IMG/VR virus record: IMGVR_UViG_3300035181_000357
Coordinates: 146,612 to 210,611 of that record
DNA: 64,000 bases
Strand: one strand, 5' to 3'
In this document: piece by piece, positions 1 through 10,337 of the stretch
Layout of the letters: every line of letters begins with the position of its first letter
How positions within the stretch are numbered: position 1 is the first letter of the stretch
Made by a program: the position numbers and the translations under genes
Notes under the pieces: generated by a model
Told to the model about the DNA's origin: nothing
Database searches by the model: none
The model's input: only the letters and a program-made list of their open reading frames with translations

Positions 1-696
1 ACCTTTCTTCAGTCTCTCGCTCGGGAGCTCGGGAGGCTTGAGTACAGGGTGAATTATTCTTTAGTAGCCAAAGATACTCAATATCTAACACCTTCTGATG
101 TTAAGAGAATATATGAAGATCCAGCATATATTAACAAAGAATATCCAACAGCAGATCAGTATGATAATGACTACAAGAACTTGGTGCTAAGGGTTGTGTC
201 AGCCCACGCCCTCGGATCCACTACTAAGTCTGTCGAGGGTATTATACAAGCATACACTGGGTATGCCACAGAAGTTAAGGAATTATTTAAGGTAGTGGGC
301 CAGGGGATATATGACATCTCTGACAAGAACTCCATAAATATTAGTATATCTACTCCTTCTGGCGATTTATCGAAGGCTATCCAGATTATCACTAAAGATT
401 TGATAGCAAGCATCATGCTTGCTAAGCCAGCTCATATCGGGATAAATCTATCGACTGTCTTCACAGAAGGTCCTGATACAATTACCAGTAATATAACTGA
501 TGAACTGACTATATACTTTAAGTTACCGGAGGATGATCAATTGGAGAACGAATTCATTGTTGGACCATTCATTGACAAGGCACAAGAAGAATCTCTACTG
601 GCTGGTGGAGCATTAGGTCAAGGTCTGCTGACACCTCGTCAGAATACAGTCTGGGAAATCAAGTCTGACACATTGATCGGGTTGGATATAGACTAA
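1..696 (+). CDS. Probable baseplate/virion structural protein, 5'-partial
   Basis: Frame is open from base 1 (TFLQSLARELGRLEYRVNYS...). G-[ST]-x-x-[SG] ... KPAH pattern resembles baseplate wedge proteins; next to a tail-collar-like gene. Confidence 0.5.
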   Translation, partial: TFLQSLARELGRLEYRVNYSLVAKDTQYLTPSDVKRIYEDPAYINKEYPTADQYDNDYKNLVLRVVSAHALGSTTKSVEGIIQAYTGYATEVKELFKVVGQGIYDISDKNSINISISTPSGDLSKAIQIITKDLIASIMLAKPAHIGINLSTVFTEGPDTITSNITDELTIYFKLPEDDQLENEFIVGPFIDKAQEESLLAGGALGQGLLTPRQNTVWEIKSDTLIGLDID

Positions 697-723
697 CTTT
701 TCTGTCTATTAATAGAGGATTGT

Positions 724-1395
724 ATGAAGATTGGATATGTGGCTAGTAGAAAAGGAGAGATATCCCTGTTCTTAGACATGGGTGGTTCTCCTTATATCCA
801 GGTGTCTCTCGATCCATCTATTCCTCAGATCCCCGGAGTAAGTATCAGGGTCCAGGTTAAGGATGACTCAGAGTTTCTAGTAATATCAAAAATGGCAGTA
901 ACCACTCTTTTAGAGGAAGTAACTGCATTTCTAGTTGGTCAGAACGTATCTATGGATGTGGTAAAAGAATTTAGTGCTAATGCATTAAAGGCCCTAGATA
1001 AGAATTTTGAGGAAAAAGATGCAAAACCTATACCTGAGAGCGCAGTTCTTCTTAATAAAATATTGGAATCTGAATCCTCTAAATTATTTGAGATAGAATT
1101 TGATCTTCCTGAAGCTTTCTTTGACGATGTTTACAAGAATGTAGTCACAGCGTCAGGGACTGAATATCGTAGAACGGATCGAGCCAAGCCCTATAAGCGA
1201 GAGCATGGTATAAAGATGGAAGATATCCCAGATAGTATAGATCCTAAGAAGGTTATAAAGAAGTATCGAAATAATATTTATAAGCACACACCATCTAAGA
1301 ACTATATCCTAACTTATGATATAAATGGTCGTCCAACAGGGATGGTTGAAGCACCCAAATCTCCTATGAGATTTAAATCTAAACTACTGAAATAA
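724..1395 (+). CDS. Hypothetical late protein ending in RFKSKLLK
   Basis: 223-aa ORF with AGAGG SD and upstream TATTAATAGAG motif. Confidence 0.7.
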   Translation: MKIGYVASRKGEISLFLDMGGSPYIQVSLDPSIPQIPGVSIRVQVKDDSEFLVISKMAVTTLLEEVTAFLVGQNVSMDVVKEFSANALKALDKNFEEKDAKPIPESAVLLNKILESESSKLFEIEFDLPEAFFDDVYKNVVTASGTEYRRTDRAKPYKREHGIKMEDIPDSIDPKKVIKKYRNNIYKHTPSKNYILTYDINGRPTGMVEAPKSPMRFKSKLLK

Positions 1396-1404
1396 AGGAT
1401 TGAT

Positions 1405-1965
1405 ATGAAAGAGAACATGACAATAGAACTCCATGGCCACATTAAGATCTTTCATAAGAACGATCCATCTGTCGTACTCTTCGACGACCATAATACGATC
1501 GTCGTTGGTGTCAAGAGTTTGTTCTCTAGATTAATGGCAGATAGCCTTGAACCCGCCTATGGGATATGGGGATTAGCTATTGGATCAGGTAACAGTGCAT
1601 GGGGAGATAATCCTGGTGCTGCTACCGGAACGGAATGGCAGTTAGAGAATGAGACGAAGCGTAAGAGACGCCTCGTTACTAGATTCTTGGACACGAATAT
1701 GAATCCTGTAGTAGGATTCACAGATACAGTAGAAGTTCAGACACTATATAACGCTACTGATGATGGGATTACCACTCCTATTAGAGAGATGGGATTGATT
1801 GGTGGTGGCTCTACCTCTGGGGCAACAAATATGTTAACAGCCCCATATTGGGATCCATCCACAAAGTTAGCTAACTCTGTTACGTTGATCAACTATAAGA
1901 AGCTACCAACCTTTAATATGCCTTCTGGTATTGATTTGGTCTTCTCCTGGATAATTCAATTCTAA
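1405..1965 (+). CDS. Tail-collar/baseplate-type structural protein
   Basis: N-x-I-V ... AIGSG ... LENE ... IREMGL ... NYK ... W-x-I-x-F pattern typical of phage tail-collar fibre-like proteins. Confidence 0.55.
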   Translation: MKENMTIELHGHIKIFHKNDPSVVLFDDHNTIVVGVKSLFSRLMADSLEPAYGIWGLAIGSGNSAWGDNPGAATGTEWQLENETKRKRRLVTRFLDTNMNPVVGFTDTVEVQTLYNATDDGITTPIREMGLIGGGSTSGATNMLTAPYWDPSTKLANSVTLINYKKLPTFNMPSGIDLVFSWIIQF

Positions 1966-2071
1966 GAACAGTTACTTCCTAGATCTAAGTGAATCCTCTT
2001 ATCGAGTATAATATGAGTATCGAAATAAGACCCTAGAAATATTACACTTTTGTATATTTCTAGGAGAGATT

Positions 2072-2497
2072 ATGAAGAAGCAAGATGAAGTTTTTCGTCA
2101 AGTTCAAACAGAAATTTCTAGTATGTTAAAGAGAGATGGTGTCCTCGATAAAACACCCTACGTTGTACTAGAAATCATAGATAGACTTAAGACGGTAACA
2201 GATTGGGAAGATCGAGATCGAACCAAGACTATAGCCAAGTCTATCAGAGAAATAGTAGAGATATGTATTAAAAATCCCAAGGCGAAGCCACCATCCAAAC
2301 CTGTGGCACTTAAATCTATATACGAGGATGCTGAATCGTTCGGAGATGAATTCGATGTTCATCCAGAATTAGAAGTAGATTGGGATAGATCCAAGTCTGT
2401 GGAGAAATACTCTAATACAGAACTCGGGTCTGCGAAGAAGAATCTCATCAGATCAGCTCGAAGAGAAGAGAAGAAGAAATTAAGAAAAGCTGGTTAA
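2072..2497 (+). CDS. Hypothetical protein
   Basis: 141-aa ORF; GGAGA SD overlaps a long hairpin (2032-2064). Confidence 0.65.
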   Translation: MKKQDEVFRQVQTEISSMLKRDGVLDKTPYVVLEIIDRLKTVTDWEDRDRTKTIAKSIREIVEICIKNPKAKPPSKPVALKSIYEDAESFGDEFDVHPELEVDWDRSKSVEKYSNTELGSAKKNLIRSARREEKKKLRKAG

Positions 2498-3345
2498 CCT
2501 TTGTGAATGTGCATCTGCCTAAGATGTTCTTTAGCCTCAGCTTCTGTTCTATGGCTGGAGATTATCTTATCAGTCTCATGTGATTTAACACACCATTCAG
2601 CTAGTTCACCTTTCGAATTTTTATGGCCAGGGCATTTCGTAACAAAAGATAATTTTATCTTAGCCTGTAGTAACTTAGATGCAAACTTCTTTCTTAGTTC
2701 TTTCATGTGCTTCTTACGAGCTAGTAGCTTTCTGAGTATCTCTTGTTTATTTGATGGTCCAATCTCAAGGACAATCTTCCTTATCGAAGCATCTGGAAGA
2801 GATAGGACTTTATCGATTGAGTCCCTGATCTCGTGTTTACTCATCCCGTTGAATACACTATGTGCTGTCTCATTGATATCAGCGTCTCGTAACGATTCTA
2901 TCTCTATTACCTGGTCTCCAAATGCTGGGCCCTTTTTCTGACCCTGTGCTCTATAGTCAAGAGAACCACCTGGGTCGATTCTGTGGACTACTCCGAGTTC
3001 CTTGTCTAGAAGCATGTTGTCATAATCGAGACCAACAACATCCCAATTAGCTAACCATGCATCTACAGCGAAGGCGTCCTTGCCAGAAGCGAGTTCAGAT
3101 ACATCGTAACTAGGTGCTAGGTTTGAATTCCATTTTGATGCAATACCAAGTTGCCCACTTATCTGAACTAACTTAGCTTCTGGGACATGGACACCAGCAA
3201 GCTCGTATAGCTTGTAGGCCAATAACTCATTCCTCATCCTATCTTCATTAGATAGAAATTTTATGTACCACTTCATACCTTCTTCATCCTGGTATAATCC
3301 ACCAGGATTAGAACCCATCTGGTCCTTTAACTTCTTCCAGGCCAT
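2494..3345 (-). CDS. HipA/PI3K-like atypical kinase domain protein
   Basis: GSNPGG loop, WYIK lysine, NELLAYKLY helix-C Glu, DAWLANWD catalytic loop, IDPGG Mg-binding motif. Confidence 0.7.
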   Translation of the reverse strand: MAWKKLKDQMGSNPGGLYQDEEGMKWYIKFLSNEDRMRNELLAYKLYELAGVHVPEAKLVQISGQLGIASKWNSNLAPSYDVSELASGKDAFAVDAWLANWDVVGLDYDNMLLDKELGVVHRIDPGGSLDYRAQGQKKGPAFGDQVIEIESLRDADINETAHSVFNGMSKHEIRDSIDKVLSLPDASIRKIVLEIGPSNKQEILRKLLARKKHMKELRKKFASKLLQAKIKLSFVTKCPGHKNSKGELAEWCVKSHETDKIISSHRTEAEAKEHLRQMHIHKG

Positions 3346-3478
3346 ATCTACCTCTATAATAGGAGATAGAAATCTATTTTAAAGATATATCCTGAGTGTG
3401 ATAATGTAGAAGTCCTGGTTGAGCTCCGATTAGAATATAGGAGTACTAATCTATACCCTAAGTCCCTGAAAATATGGC

Positions 3479-4054
3479 TTACTCAAGATTTAATGCTAGG
3501 AGGATTATTAAATAACCAGTAATGTCTTTCAATGTGTCTTCTAAAGGCTCATAATCAGAACTGATATTCTTCGCTGACATACTAAAATATCTACTAATCT
3601 TCTCCCAGATCCTAAATTTAATACCAGGATAGCCTGAATTTCTAAAGGCCTGTCCATAATCCTCACTCTTCGACACTAAAATCTGCATCATATTATCCAA
3701 TCCAATATCTTTACCGAATTGAAGACTGTATAGCTCCTGCACATCTTTGATATAACTGAATAGGAATCTCTGACCAGGAAGTTCATCGCTAGCTTCCATG
3801 ACTTTGAATCGTTCTAGGATAATCAGAGATAGGGTCTCTTCTCGGGTAGAAGGATTGGGTAGAGTAACAAGACTAGATATATTGGCACCACCAATGAACC
3901 CTCTTGATATGATTAGACCAGTACACCCCATAGGCTTGTAATAATCATCTTTCTGGTTGTCAACGAAACTTCTAGTCATAGATAGAGTAAGTTTCCAATC
4001 ATGGGAAATCTTCTGCATCGTGTTGTAAACTTGCTTATAAAATCCCTGATTCAT
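3479..4054 (-). CDS. DUF1599-like (nucleotide-modification-associated) domain protein
   Basis: C-terminal K-x-x-DYG ... RIWEKISR ... EPLEDTLKDITGY pattern. Confidence 0.6.
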   Translation of the reverse strand: MNQGFYKQVYNTMQKISHDWKLTLSMTRSFVDNQKDDYYKPMGCTGLIISRGFIGGANISSLVTLPNPSTREETLSLIILERFKVMEASDELPGQRFLFSYIKDVQELYSLQFGKDIGLDNMMQILVSKSEDYGQAFRNSGYPGIKFRIWEKISRYFSMSAKNISSDYEPLEDTLKDITGYLIILLALNLE

Positions 4055-4076
4055 ATATCTCTCCTCATCTATGATA

Positions 4077-6014
4077 CTATTTTATAACGCCAGTCTCGAA
4101 AAGAAATCTACTAGGAGTTACGGTCATATAAGATTGTCCTCGTTTGATTGTAAGAGGTACGCATATGACGAGATTGTCTCTAGCTCTTGTAACAGCAACG
4201 TAGAACAGACGTCGTTCTTCTTCAATCTCAGATTCAGATTGACTCCACATATGGGGGATAGACATCTCATAAACGTTAGCTATATATACTTGAGCCCATT
4301 CTAATCCCTTACTACTGTGAATAGTAGAGATCGTAACCTTACCATCACCATTATGTTGTTCTGGGACCATATCTTTGTCATTCATGGTCATCTGAAATAC
4401 CACATCTTCCATGGTAATACCTGGACTAGACTCTTCTAAACCAGCAAAAATATCTTCCAGTCTCTGAATGTTAGTAAGTTTCCACTCGCATTGATTCTTA
4501 TCCTTCTTATATCGTTCTTTCACAATCTCATGATATTTAGTAAATTTAATGATAGCATGGAAAGCAGCAAGCGGTTTCATTTCGACGCTTAGAGTGTGCT
4601 CTAGAAAATCCAGGTACATACCCATCTTTGCATGATTATACTTACGAGCACCTAGGATCATATTCCCATCAAAATGTTCAACAGCTACTTTTCTCATCTT
4701 TTCTATAGCAGAATCTCCGATCCCACGCTTAGGAACTGAGACTGATCTAGTCATAGCCTGAACATCCTTAGGATTTACCAGGAGTCGCATAAAACTTAGA
4801 ATTTCTCTAGCTTCTAGGGATTGAAGAAGACCTCTCCCACCTTTGATCGTGTATGGTACACGACATCTAACCAATTCTGCTTCAATATCGTCTATCTGAG
4901 ATGCTGATCGGACTAGGATCGCAGTATCCTTGTAGGCTACTTTTCCTTTTAGTAACTGATTACGTCCCCATATCTGTTCTGCCATCTTGGATGCGTTCTC
5001 TCGAGCACTTATCTCAGACATAAGTCGGATAGTACCTGTCTCACCCTTCTCACCACGATCACTCTCCATTTTAAGAGGAATGGTATCGATCATCTTGCTT
5101 TGGATCAGGTTGGCATACTTAACTACCTGAGGTACAGATCTGTGGTTACGCTGTAGTTTATAGAGAGATGGGACTAATCCTCTCCAGTTCCTGGAAAATT
5201 CTAACAAGATCCCAGGACTAGCACCAGAGAAACCATAGATGGATTGGCTAATATCTCCAACCACATATATGTTCTTGTTGTCTTCTCGAACCAGGAGGTT
5301 GACGAAAGCCCACTGAACTATGTTGGTATCCTGTGACTCATCCATTAAGATGTGATCGAACTGAAGCCCGAGCTTTCTGGCCCAATCCTTATCTGTCTTT
5401 CCTCGTTGAACCACGAGATGCAGCATATCATCAAAATCTACTACAGACTGAACAGTTTTCTCTTTCTCGTATTCTTCCCAGACTCGCATCTCTAGGTCAC
5501 CAACTGCGTGATAACCACCATGGGCTATTTTAGCCCTTTCTCGAACTTCGTCTGTATACTCGGAAGCAAACCCAACACCTCGTGCTCTATGGTATTGAAT
5601 CTTTTCTATTACTTCCCAGTTTTTAATCACTTCTCCTAGTTCCAACCGGAGAACGATCTTGTTGATCATCTCCTTCTGGTTCCACTCGTCTAATGGGGAT
5701 ACTTTATCTGACAACCCGAACCCAGTTGGATCCTTCCTAATAGCAGATAATGCTAGACCATGGATCGTAGAAACTCTAGGCTGTACAATATGGACATGTT
5801 TTGGATCATATCCAAGACGATCCTTTAACTCAGTAGCAGCTTTATTTGTAAAGGTGATAACCAGAATCTTATTAGCAGGTATTCCTTGATCTATTAGATG
5901 TTTTACACGAGCTGTTAAGACTCTCGTCTTACCAGAACCCGCACCACTATTAATACAAGCTGGGACATCTAAAGGATGCTCTACAGCTTGCTTTTGTTCG
6001 TCATTCAACTTCAC
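4077..6014 (-). CDS. uvrD: UvrD/PcrA/Rep SF1 DNA helicase
   Basis: GAGSGKT, TFTNKAA, DESQD, GDISQSIYGFSGA, NHRS, STIHSSKGLEW, EERRLFYVAVTRA. Confidence 0.95.
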   Translation of the reverse strand: MKLNDEQKQAVEHPLDVPACINSGAGSGKTRVLTARVKHLIDQGIPANKILVITFTNKAATELKDRLGYDPKHVHIVQPRVSTIHGLALSAIRKDPTGFGLSDKVSPLDEWNQKEMINKIVLRLELGEVIKNWEVIEKIQYHRARGVGFASEYTDEVRERAKIAHGGYHAVGDLEMRVWEEYEKEKTVQSVVDFDDMLHLVVQRGKTDKDWARKLGLQFDHILMDESQDTNIVQWAFVNLLVREDNKNIYVVGDISQSIYGFSGASPGILLEFSRNWRGLVPSLYKLQRNHRSVPQVVKYANLIQSKMIDTIPLKMESDRGEKGETGTIRLMSEISARENASKMAEQIWGRNQLLKGKVAYKDTAILVRSASQIDDIEAELVRCRVPYTIKGGRGLLQSLEAREILSFMRLLVNPKDVQAMTRSVSVPKRGIGDSAIEKMRKVAVEHFDGNMILGARKYNHAKMGMYLDFLEHTLSVEMKPLAAFHAIIKFTKYHEIVKERYKKDKNQCEWKLTNIQRLEDIFAGLEESSPGITMEDVVFQMTMNDKDMVPEQHNGDGKVTISTIHSSKGLEWAQVYIANVYEMSIPHMWSQSESEIEEERRLFYVAVTRARDNLVICVPLTIKRGQSYMTVTPSRFLFETGVIK

Positions 6015-6064
6015 ATGAACTCCATTATCAGAACTTCTTACCTTTATGTTAGTGAGGTAGTTTA

Positions 6065-6916
6065 ATGATAGCCTTCTCAGTCGGGAAACAGCTTGGAAAT
6101 GGTGATTTGAGTATCAGTGTCAGAGACACAGAGGGAAAACCACAAGTCCCTTCTTATATATCATACTCAATTTTCAACGTTTCTGGGAAACAACCTTCTC
6201 TTGTCTCTGATCCTAAAGCAACTCCTGCTCCTGGTGTAGGGACTGGCCAGTATTGGGTTAACATGACTATTCCAACCTCGTGGGTCGCGGGGGATTACAG
6301 GCTTGTTTGGTACCTTCAACAGAACCCTGATACCATTGAAGTCTCCATATATGAAGACTTCTCTATTGTACAAACCAATGCTATCTCCTCCTCATTAGAA
6401 GCACCAAGTGTGTTCATGAGTAAACGTCTTGGAATAACAGAAAACTCTGCAAATCTAGTGATGATGGTCAGAGAATTACTATCTGATACTAACCCTGACA
6501 GAAATTACCACTTTAGACCACCAACAGCTGGTAAAGTAGTAGCAGGGTTCACCCAGAGAGTTGGATATATCTGGACAGATCAAGCTATCCTAAGATTCTT
6601 AAATCTAGCAATAGCTAAGATAAACAGTGGGAACCCAAAGAATTTTTACAGCTTCACCATTGATAACATCCCCGATAACTGGTATCAGGCTGCTGCATTA
6701 GGTGCTGCTGCTAGTGCCTTGATGGCCGAAGCTATTAGATGGAATGCAGAAGAATTCAGCTACTCTCTGAACGGGGTCAGCTTGGATATCAATAAAGCAT
6801 CCAGCTATCAAGGCCTAGCTGAATCTTTCAGAACGGAATTCAACGAATGGATAATCCCACTCACTGCAAATCGCCCAACAAGTATGGGTCTACGTCAACC
6901 TCGATGGCTAATATAA
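6065..6916 (+). CDS. Probable virion structural (head-completion-like) protein
   Basis: Ig-like beta-rich N-terminus plus helical C-terminus with YSLNGVSLDI; structural context. Family not certain. Confidence 0.45.
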   Translation: MIAFSVGKQLGNGDLSISVRDTEGKPQVPSYISYSIFNVSGKQPSLVSDPKATPAPGVGTGQYWVNMTIPTSWVAGDYRLVWYLQQNPDTIEVSIYEDFSIVQTNAISSSLEAPSVFMSKRLGITENSANLVMMVRELLSDTNPDRNYHFRPPTAGKVVAGFTQRVGYIWTDQAILRFLNLAIAKINSGNPKNFYSFTIDNIPDNWYQAAALGAAASALMAEAIRWNAEEFSYSLNGVSLDINKASSYQGLAESFRTEFNEWIIPLTANRPTSMGLRQPRWLI

Positions 6917-6927
6917 AGAGGAGTACA

Positions 6928-7017
6928 ATGTCATACATAAAATTAGTAGCCGTCATATTATCTCTTCTAGTTTTAATTGGGATGTCAATACTACATGGTG
7001 TCTTTAAGAGAAAGTAA
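6928..7017 (+). CDS. 29-aa membrane peptide (MSYIKLVAVILSLLVLIGMSILHGVFKRK)
   Basis: GAGGAG SD 4 nt upstream; single hydrophobic helix. Absent from the ORF track. Confidence 0.55.
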   Translation: MSYIKLVAVILSLLVLIGMSILHGVFKRK

Positions 7018-7210
7018 ACGCTGGCAAGACCAGACTGGCTGAAATAATCTAAAGGTTAATATGTGTAGAACGAATGAAAATTGTACTCCTGATACTACTC
7101 GTAGTAATACTATACTCGAAGCTAATGGATTATATCTGGCCACCTGGTTCCAGAATGCTCGTCAGGTCTAGAAAGAAACGATTTAAGAAGTCTACTTTAA
7201 GGTATAAACG

Positions 7211-8434
7211 ATGGCGGCTCAAGGCCTAATGGTTCTAAATTCAGCATTCTTCGGATCTAGAGATCTATTTTGGATCGATGATCCAGATCCAGATGTTAGT
7301 GGATATAATGTTTATAGAGCACAAGATTCTGTTGGGCCATGGACTAGAATCAATATAGAGATCGTCCCTGGTCATACATATAGGGATGAAACAACACTCC
7401 TTAAAATCTCATATAAAGTTAAGGCAGAGGATTGGGTAGAATTCGGTGAATATGGAAGATATGGATTTCGTGTACCAGAAAAGTCAATCTATTCAGACAT
7501 AGCTAAGGGTCGTGCATTCTTAGCCACATCTCCTGATGATGTAGAACTGACAATAGCTGGTGAGAAGATCAGACCATCACAGGTAGAAGGTTTGGATGGA
7601 ACTGTATGGATGCCTCAGACTTCCGTTCTTAAAAGAGATGGTGGAAGAACAGAAACTAAATTAGGCCCAGCTCTTACAAAAGATCTAGATATCCAGGTTG
7701 TATATAGGACTCTACAAAATTATGTAGATATCTATCAAGATATGACTAGAACGTACTACTGTGTCGTTCCAATAAATTCATTAGGACAAGAGACTGAATT
7801 CCCTGGTGATCATGAAATAGTCAATACCATGGAAATCGATAAGATGGACTATATGCAAGCAGAGATGGTCAGGAGAAATGCCTGGCTATTTGAGCAGGTA
7901 GCAGAACCTGCTTATCTGATGCTTCGTAGAACGAAGGGTCTTCCTTGTGGTTGTACAGATGTAGATACTAAGCAACCTAGAACTGGCTGTAAAGTATGTT
8001 ATGAAACAGGTATTCAAGGTGGTTACTATGGACCTATTGATATTCTGTTTGTTGACCCAGACACTGAAATCAGTAGAATGATTGATGAGAATGGTGTTAA
8101 AGTAGAGAGGAAATCAAGGTCATACCTAGGACCTTCACCGATTGTCCAGAATGGTGACCTGATCATCAGAAGAAATGGTGAGAGAATGACGATAGGTAAT
8201 GTCACATATAAGTCACCAAGAGGTGTTTTACTTCAACAAGAATTCGATGCCATATTACTTCCTTCCAGAGATACTAGGTACTTTATTCCAGTTTATAAGG
8301 ATTATGAACAAGTAATATACGATCCGTCTACGGATGCAAAGGGTAATGAGCCTGTCACTTTACCAGACACTGGGTGGGAGAATCCAACTATCCCAGCAGG
8401 TAGAACTGTCACCTTTAAGAGGATTCAAGCATGA
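7211..8434 (+). CDS. Probable virion structural protein with Zn-binding motif
   Basis: FN3-like N-terminus (DVSGYNVYR) and CxC...CxxC motif. Confidence 0.5.
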   Translation: MAAQGLMVLNSAFFGSRDLFWIDDPDPDVSGYNVYRAQDSVGPWTRINIEIVPGHTYRDETTLLKISYKVKAEDWVEFGEYGRYGFRVPEKSIYSDIAKGRAFLATSPDDVELTIAGEKIRPSQVEGLDGTVWMPQTSVLKRDGGRTETKLGPALTKDLDIQVVYRTLQNYVDIYQDMTRTYYCVVPINSLGQETEFPGDHEIVNTMEIDKMDYMQAEMVRRNAWLFEQVAEPAYLMLRRTKGLPCGCTDVDTKQPRTGCKVCYETGIQGGYYGPIDILFVDPDTEISRMIDENGVKVERKSRSYLGPSPIVQNGDLIIRRNGERMTIGNVTYKSPRGVLLQQEFDAILLPSRDTRYFIPVYKDYEQVIYDPSTDAKGNEPVTLPDTGWENPTIPAGRTVTFKRIQA

Positions 8435-8958
8435 TAGATTTCGGAAATATATGTGAGGGAGATGTTCTCCTATTCAAGAAGAATATTAAATATAAGATAT
8501 CCTTAGTATCCAAGGTTATACGCTTGATACAGGGAAATGAATATGTACATGCCGCTATAGTAGTTTCAGTAGTTCCAGGGCTTACACCGTTAGTAGCTGA
8601 GGTTGATTCTGATTTTAAGTCTAGGGTAGTACCTGTCTCCGTTTCTATGGAACGAGGAACTCCTGATGTTTATAGACTATCTACAACATATACTTTCAGA
8701 TCGAAGTCTGCATACACTTACGCTCTAGACACTGTAGGTCAAAAGTATGGATATTCTAGAATCGTGGATTCTGCTATAAACCACTTCTTAGGGAGATTCG
8801 ATCATGCTTATAATTACAGAGCGTGGTTCTCACCCGATACTAAAGATATCTGTTCTACACTAGTATCTAAGATACTAAATATAGGATTTGGTGCTAAATA
8901 TGATAGATTTAGTGAGCCTGATGACTACTGTAAGTCACCATTTATAAGAATATCCTAG
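8431..8958 (+). CDS. Permuted papain-like NlpC/P60 (YiiX/YebB-like) enzyme
   Basis: GDVLL, YVHAAIV (His), GQKY, ICSTLV (Cys), EPDD. Confidence 0.75.
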   Translation: MIDFGNICEGDVLLFKKNIKYKISLVSKVIRLIQGNEYVHAAIVVSVVPGLTPLVAEVDSDFKSRVVPVSVSMERGTPDVYRLSTTYTFRSKSAYTYALDTVGQKYGYSRIVDSAINHFLGRFDHAYNYRAWFSPDTKDICSTLVSKILNIGFGAKYDRFSEPDDYCKSPFIRIS

Positions 8959-9003
8959 CATAGAACGAGGTCTAGAGTATTACCTTAAAGGGGAAGATAT
9001 ACT

Positions 9004-9558
9004 ATGACTTGTATTGTCGGGATGGTAAAAGATAACAAGGTATGGATCGGTGGTGATTCCGCAGGGTCAGACAACTCATCTATCTGTATTCGTAGAGACC
9101 CAAAAGTGTTTAAAAATGGCCATTTCTTAATCGGTTTCTGTGGAAGTTTCAGATTTGGTCAGTTACTACATTATAAGTTCACCCCACCATTAAACTCTGA
9201 AGAGAAAGATGCTTTCAGCTTCATGGTGACCGATTTTGCTGATGCAGTTAGAGAATTAGCGAAAGAACATGGTATCTTGAAGATAGAAGATAATGTAGAA
9301 GAGTTAGAAGATATCCAACTCTTAATAGGATATCAAGGAAGATTATTCACTCTCGAAGAAGATTTTCAGATTGGTGAAGTAGAGAATGAATACTATGCGG
9401 TTGGTGAAGGTATGGATCTGGCATTGGGATCTATGTATACTACCAGTAGACAGAAACGTGGATATACACCAAGGAAGAGGCTCGAGATGGCATTAGAAGC
9501 TTCAGCACTCTTCTGTAAGAGCGTGGCTCCCCCGTTCGTTATATTAGGATTACAATAA
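9004..9558 (+). CDS. HslV/proteasome-like Ntn-hydrolase peptidase
   Basis: N-terminal MTCIVG (Thr1 nucleophile), GGDS, KVF, YYAVGEG. Confidence 0.75.
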   Translation: MTCIVGMVKDNKVWIGGDSAGSDNSSICIRRDPKVFKNGHFLIGFCGSFRFGQLLHYKFTPPLNSEEKDAFSFMVTDFADAVRELAKEHGILKIEDNVEELEDIQLLIGYQGRLFTLEEDFQIGEVENEYYAVGEGMDLALGSMYTTSRQKRGYTPRKRLEMALEASALFCKSVAPPFVILGLQ

Positions 9559-9788
9559 TGAAAACTATGAGTTTCTATGAAATTTCCATAAGATTTATAA
9601 AGAGTTACTTTGATGGGATAACTGTTGAAGTAGGTCAAACATGGAGAGATCCAGAAATAGATACATTCAATCTAGATTTTGTTATTGCCGAGATAGATAA
9701 GAATAGAGTATATCTAAGAAGTTCGTCATTCGTGAGAACTAATAAATCTATCCGACATCTAAAGACATTTTATGATTTCGTGAAGTAA
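9558..9788 (+). CDS. Hypothetical protein
   Basis: Translationally coupled (TAATG) 76-aa ORF. Confidence 0.55.
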   Translation: MKTMSFYEISIRFIKSYFDGITVEVGQTWRDPEIDTFNLDFVIAEIDKNRVYLRSSSFVRTNKSIRHLKTFYDFVK

Positions 9789-9846
9789 TAATGAACTGAA
9801 GGACTTTGAACCCTTCTAATCCGTCGCCTCCGGGGACAAAACAAAT

Positions 9847-9866
9847 ACTCGCTTAACGAAAGGAGT
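9847..9866 (+). promoter_or_regulatory. ROSE-like RNA thermometer hairpin on hsp20 SD
   Basis: ACTCGCT-taacgaa-AGGAGT: U(U/C)GCU motif with bulged G opposite the SD, directly before a small heat-shock gene. Confidence 0.7.
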
Positions 9867-9870
9867 CATT

Positions 9871-10293
9871 ATGACCAGATACCGAGTAGATATCTTTAAC
9901 CAACTCGATCCCTTCTTCCTAGGTTTCGAATCCATGTTTGACCGCTTCGATCATTTCTTTGGAGCAAAGCAAGGTAGCTATCCACCTCACAATGTTGTAG
10001 AGGTTGGAGCTAACAAGTTCGATATTGAGATCGCTTTAGCTGGCTTTAAAAAGTCAGATATTGATATCTCTGTCTTTGAACACAATTTAACCATTAAACA
10101 CGTCAAGACAGAGAAAACTGAGGATGACGGTGTACGATATCGTGGGATCGCTAAACGCGAATTCACCAAGATCTTCACCCTATCTGATGCGATCAATGTT
10201 ATTGGTGCTGAATTAGAAGATGGTCTGTTAAAGATTCATCTCGAGAAGATTGATCCTACGAAAACTGCTGCTGTAAAAATTAACATCAAGTAA
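9871..10293 (+). CDS. hsp20: Small heat shock protein Hsp20 (IbpA-like)
   Basis: SYPPHN, EIALAGF, YRGIAKREF, AELEDGLLKIHL. Confidence 0.93.
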   Translation: MTRYRVDIFNQLDPFFLGFESMFDRFDHFFGAKQGSYPPHNVVEVGANKFDIEIALAGFKKSDIDISVFEHNLTIKHVKTEKTEDDGVRYRGIAKREFTKIFTLSDAINVIGAELEDGLLKIHLEKIDPTKTAAVKINIK

Positions 10294-10312
10294 CTTCGAA
10301 GGGTTCAAAGTC

Positions 10313-10337
10313 AAAGGCCACCAATTGGTGGCCTTTT
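10313..10337. terminator. Bidirectional intrinsic terminator
   Basis: AAAGGCCACC-aatt-GGTGGCCTTTT between convergent genes. Confidence 0.85.
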
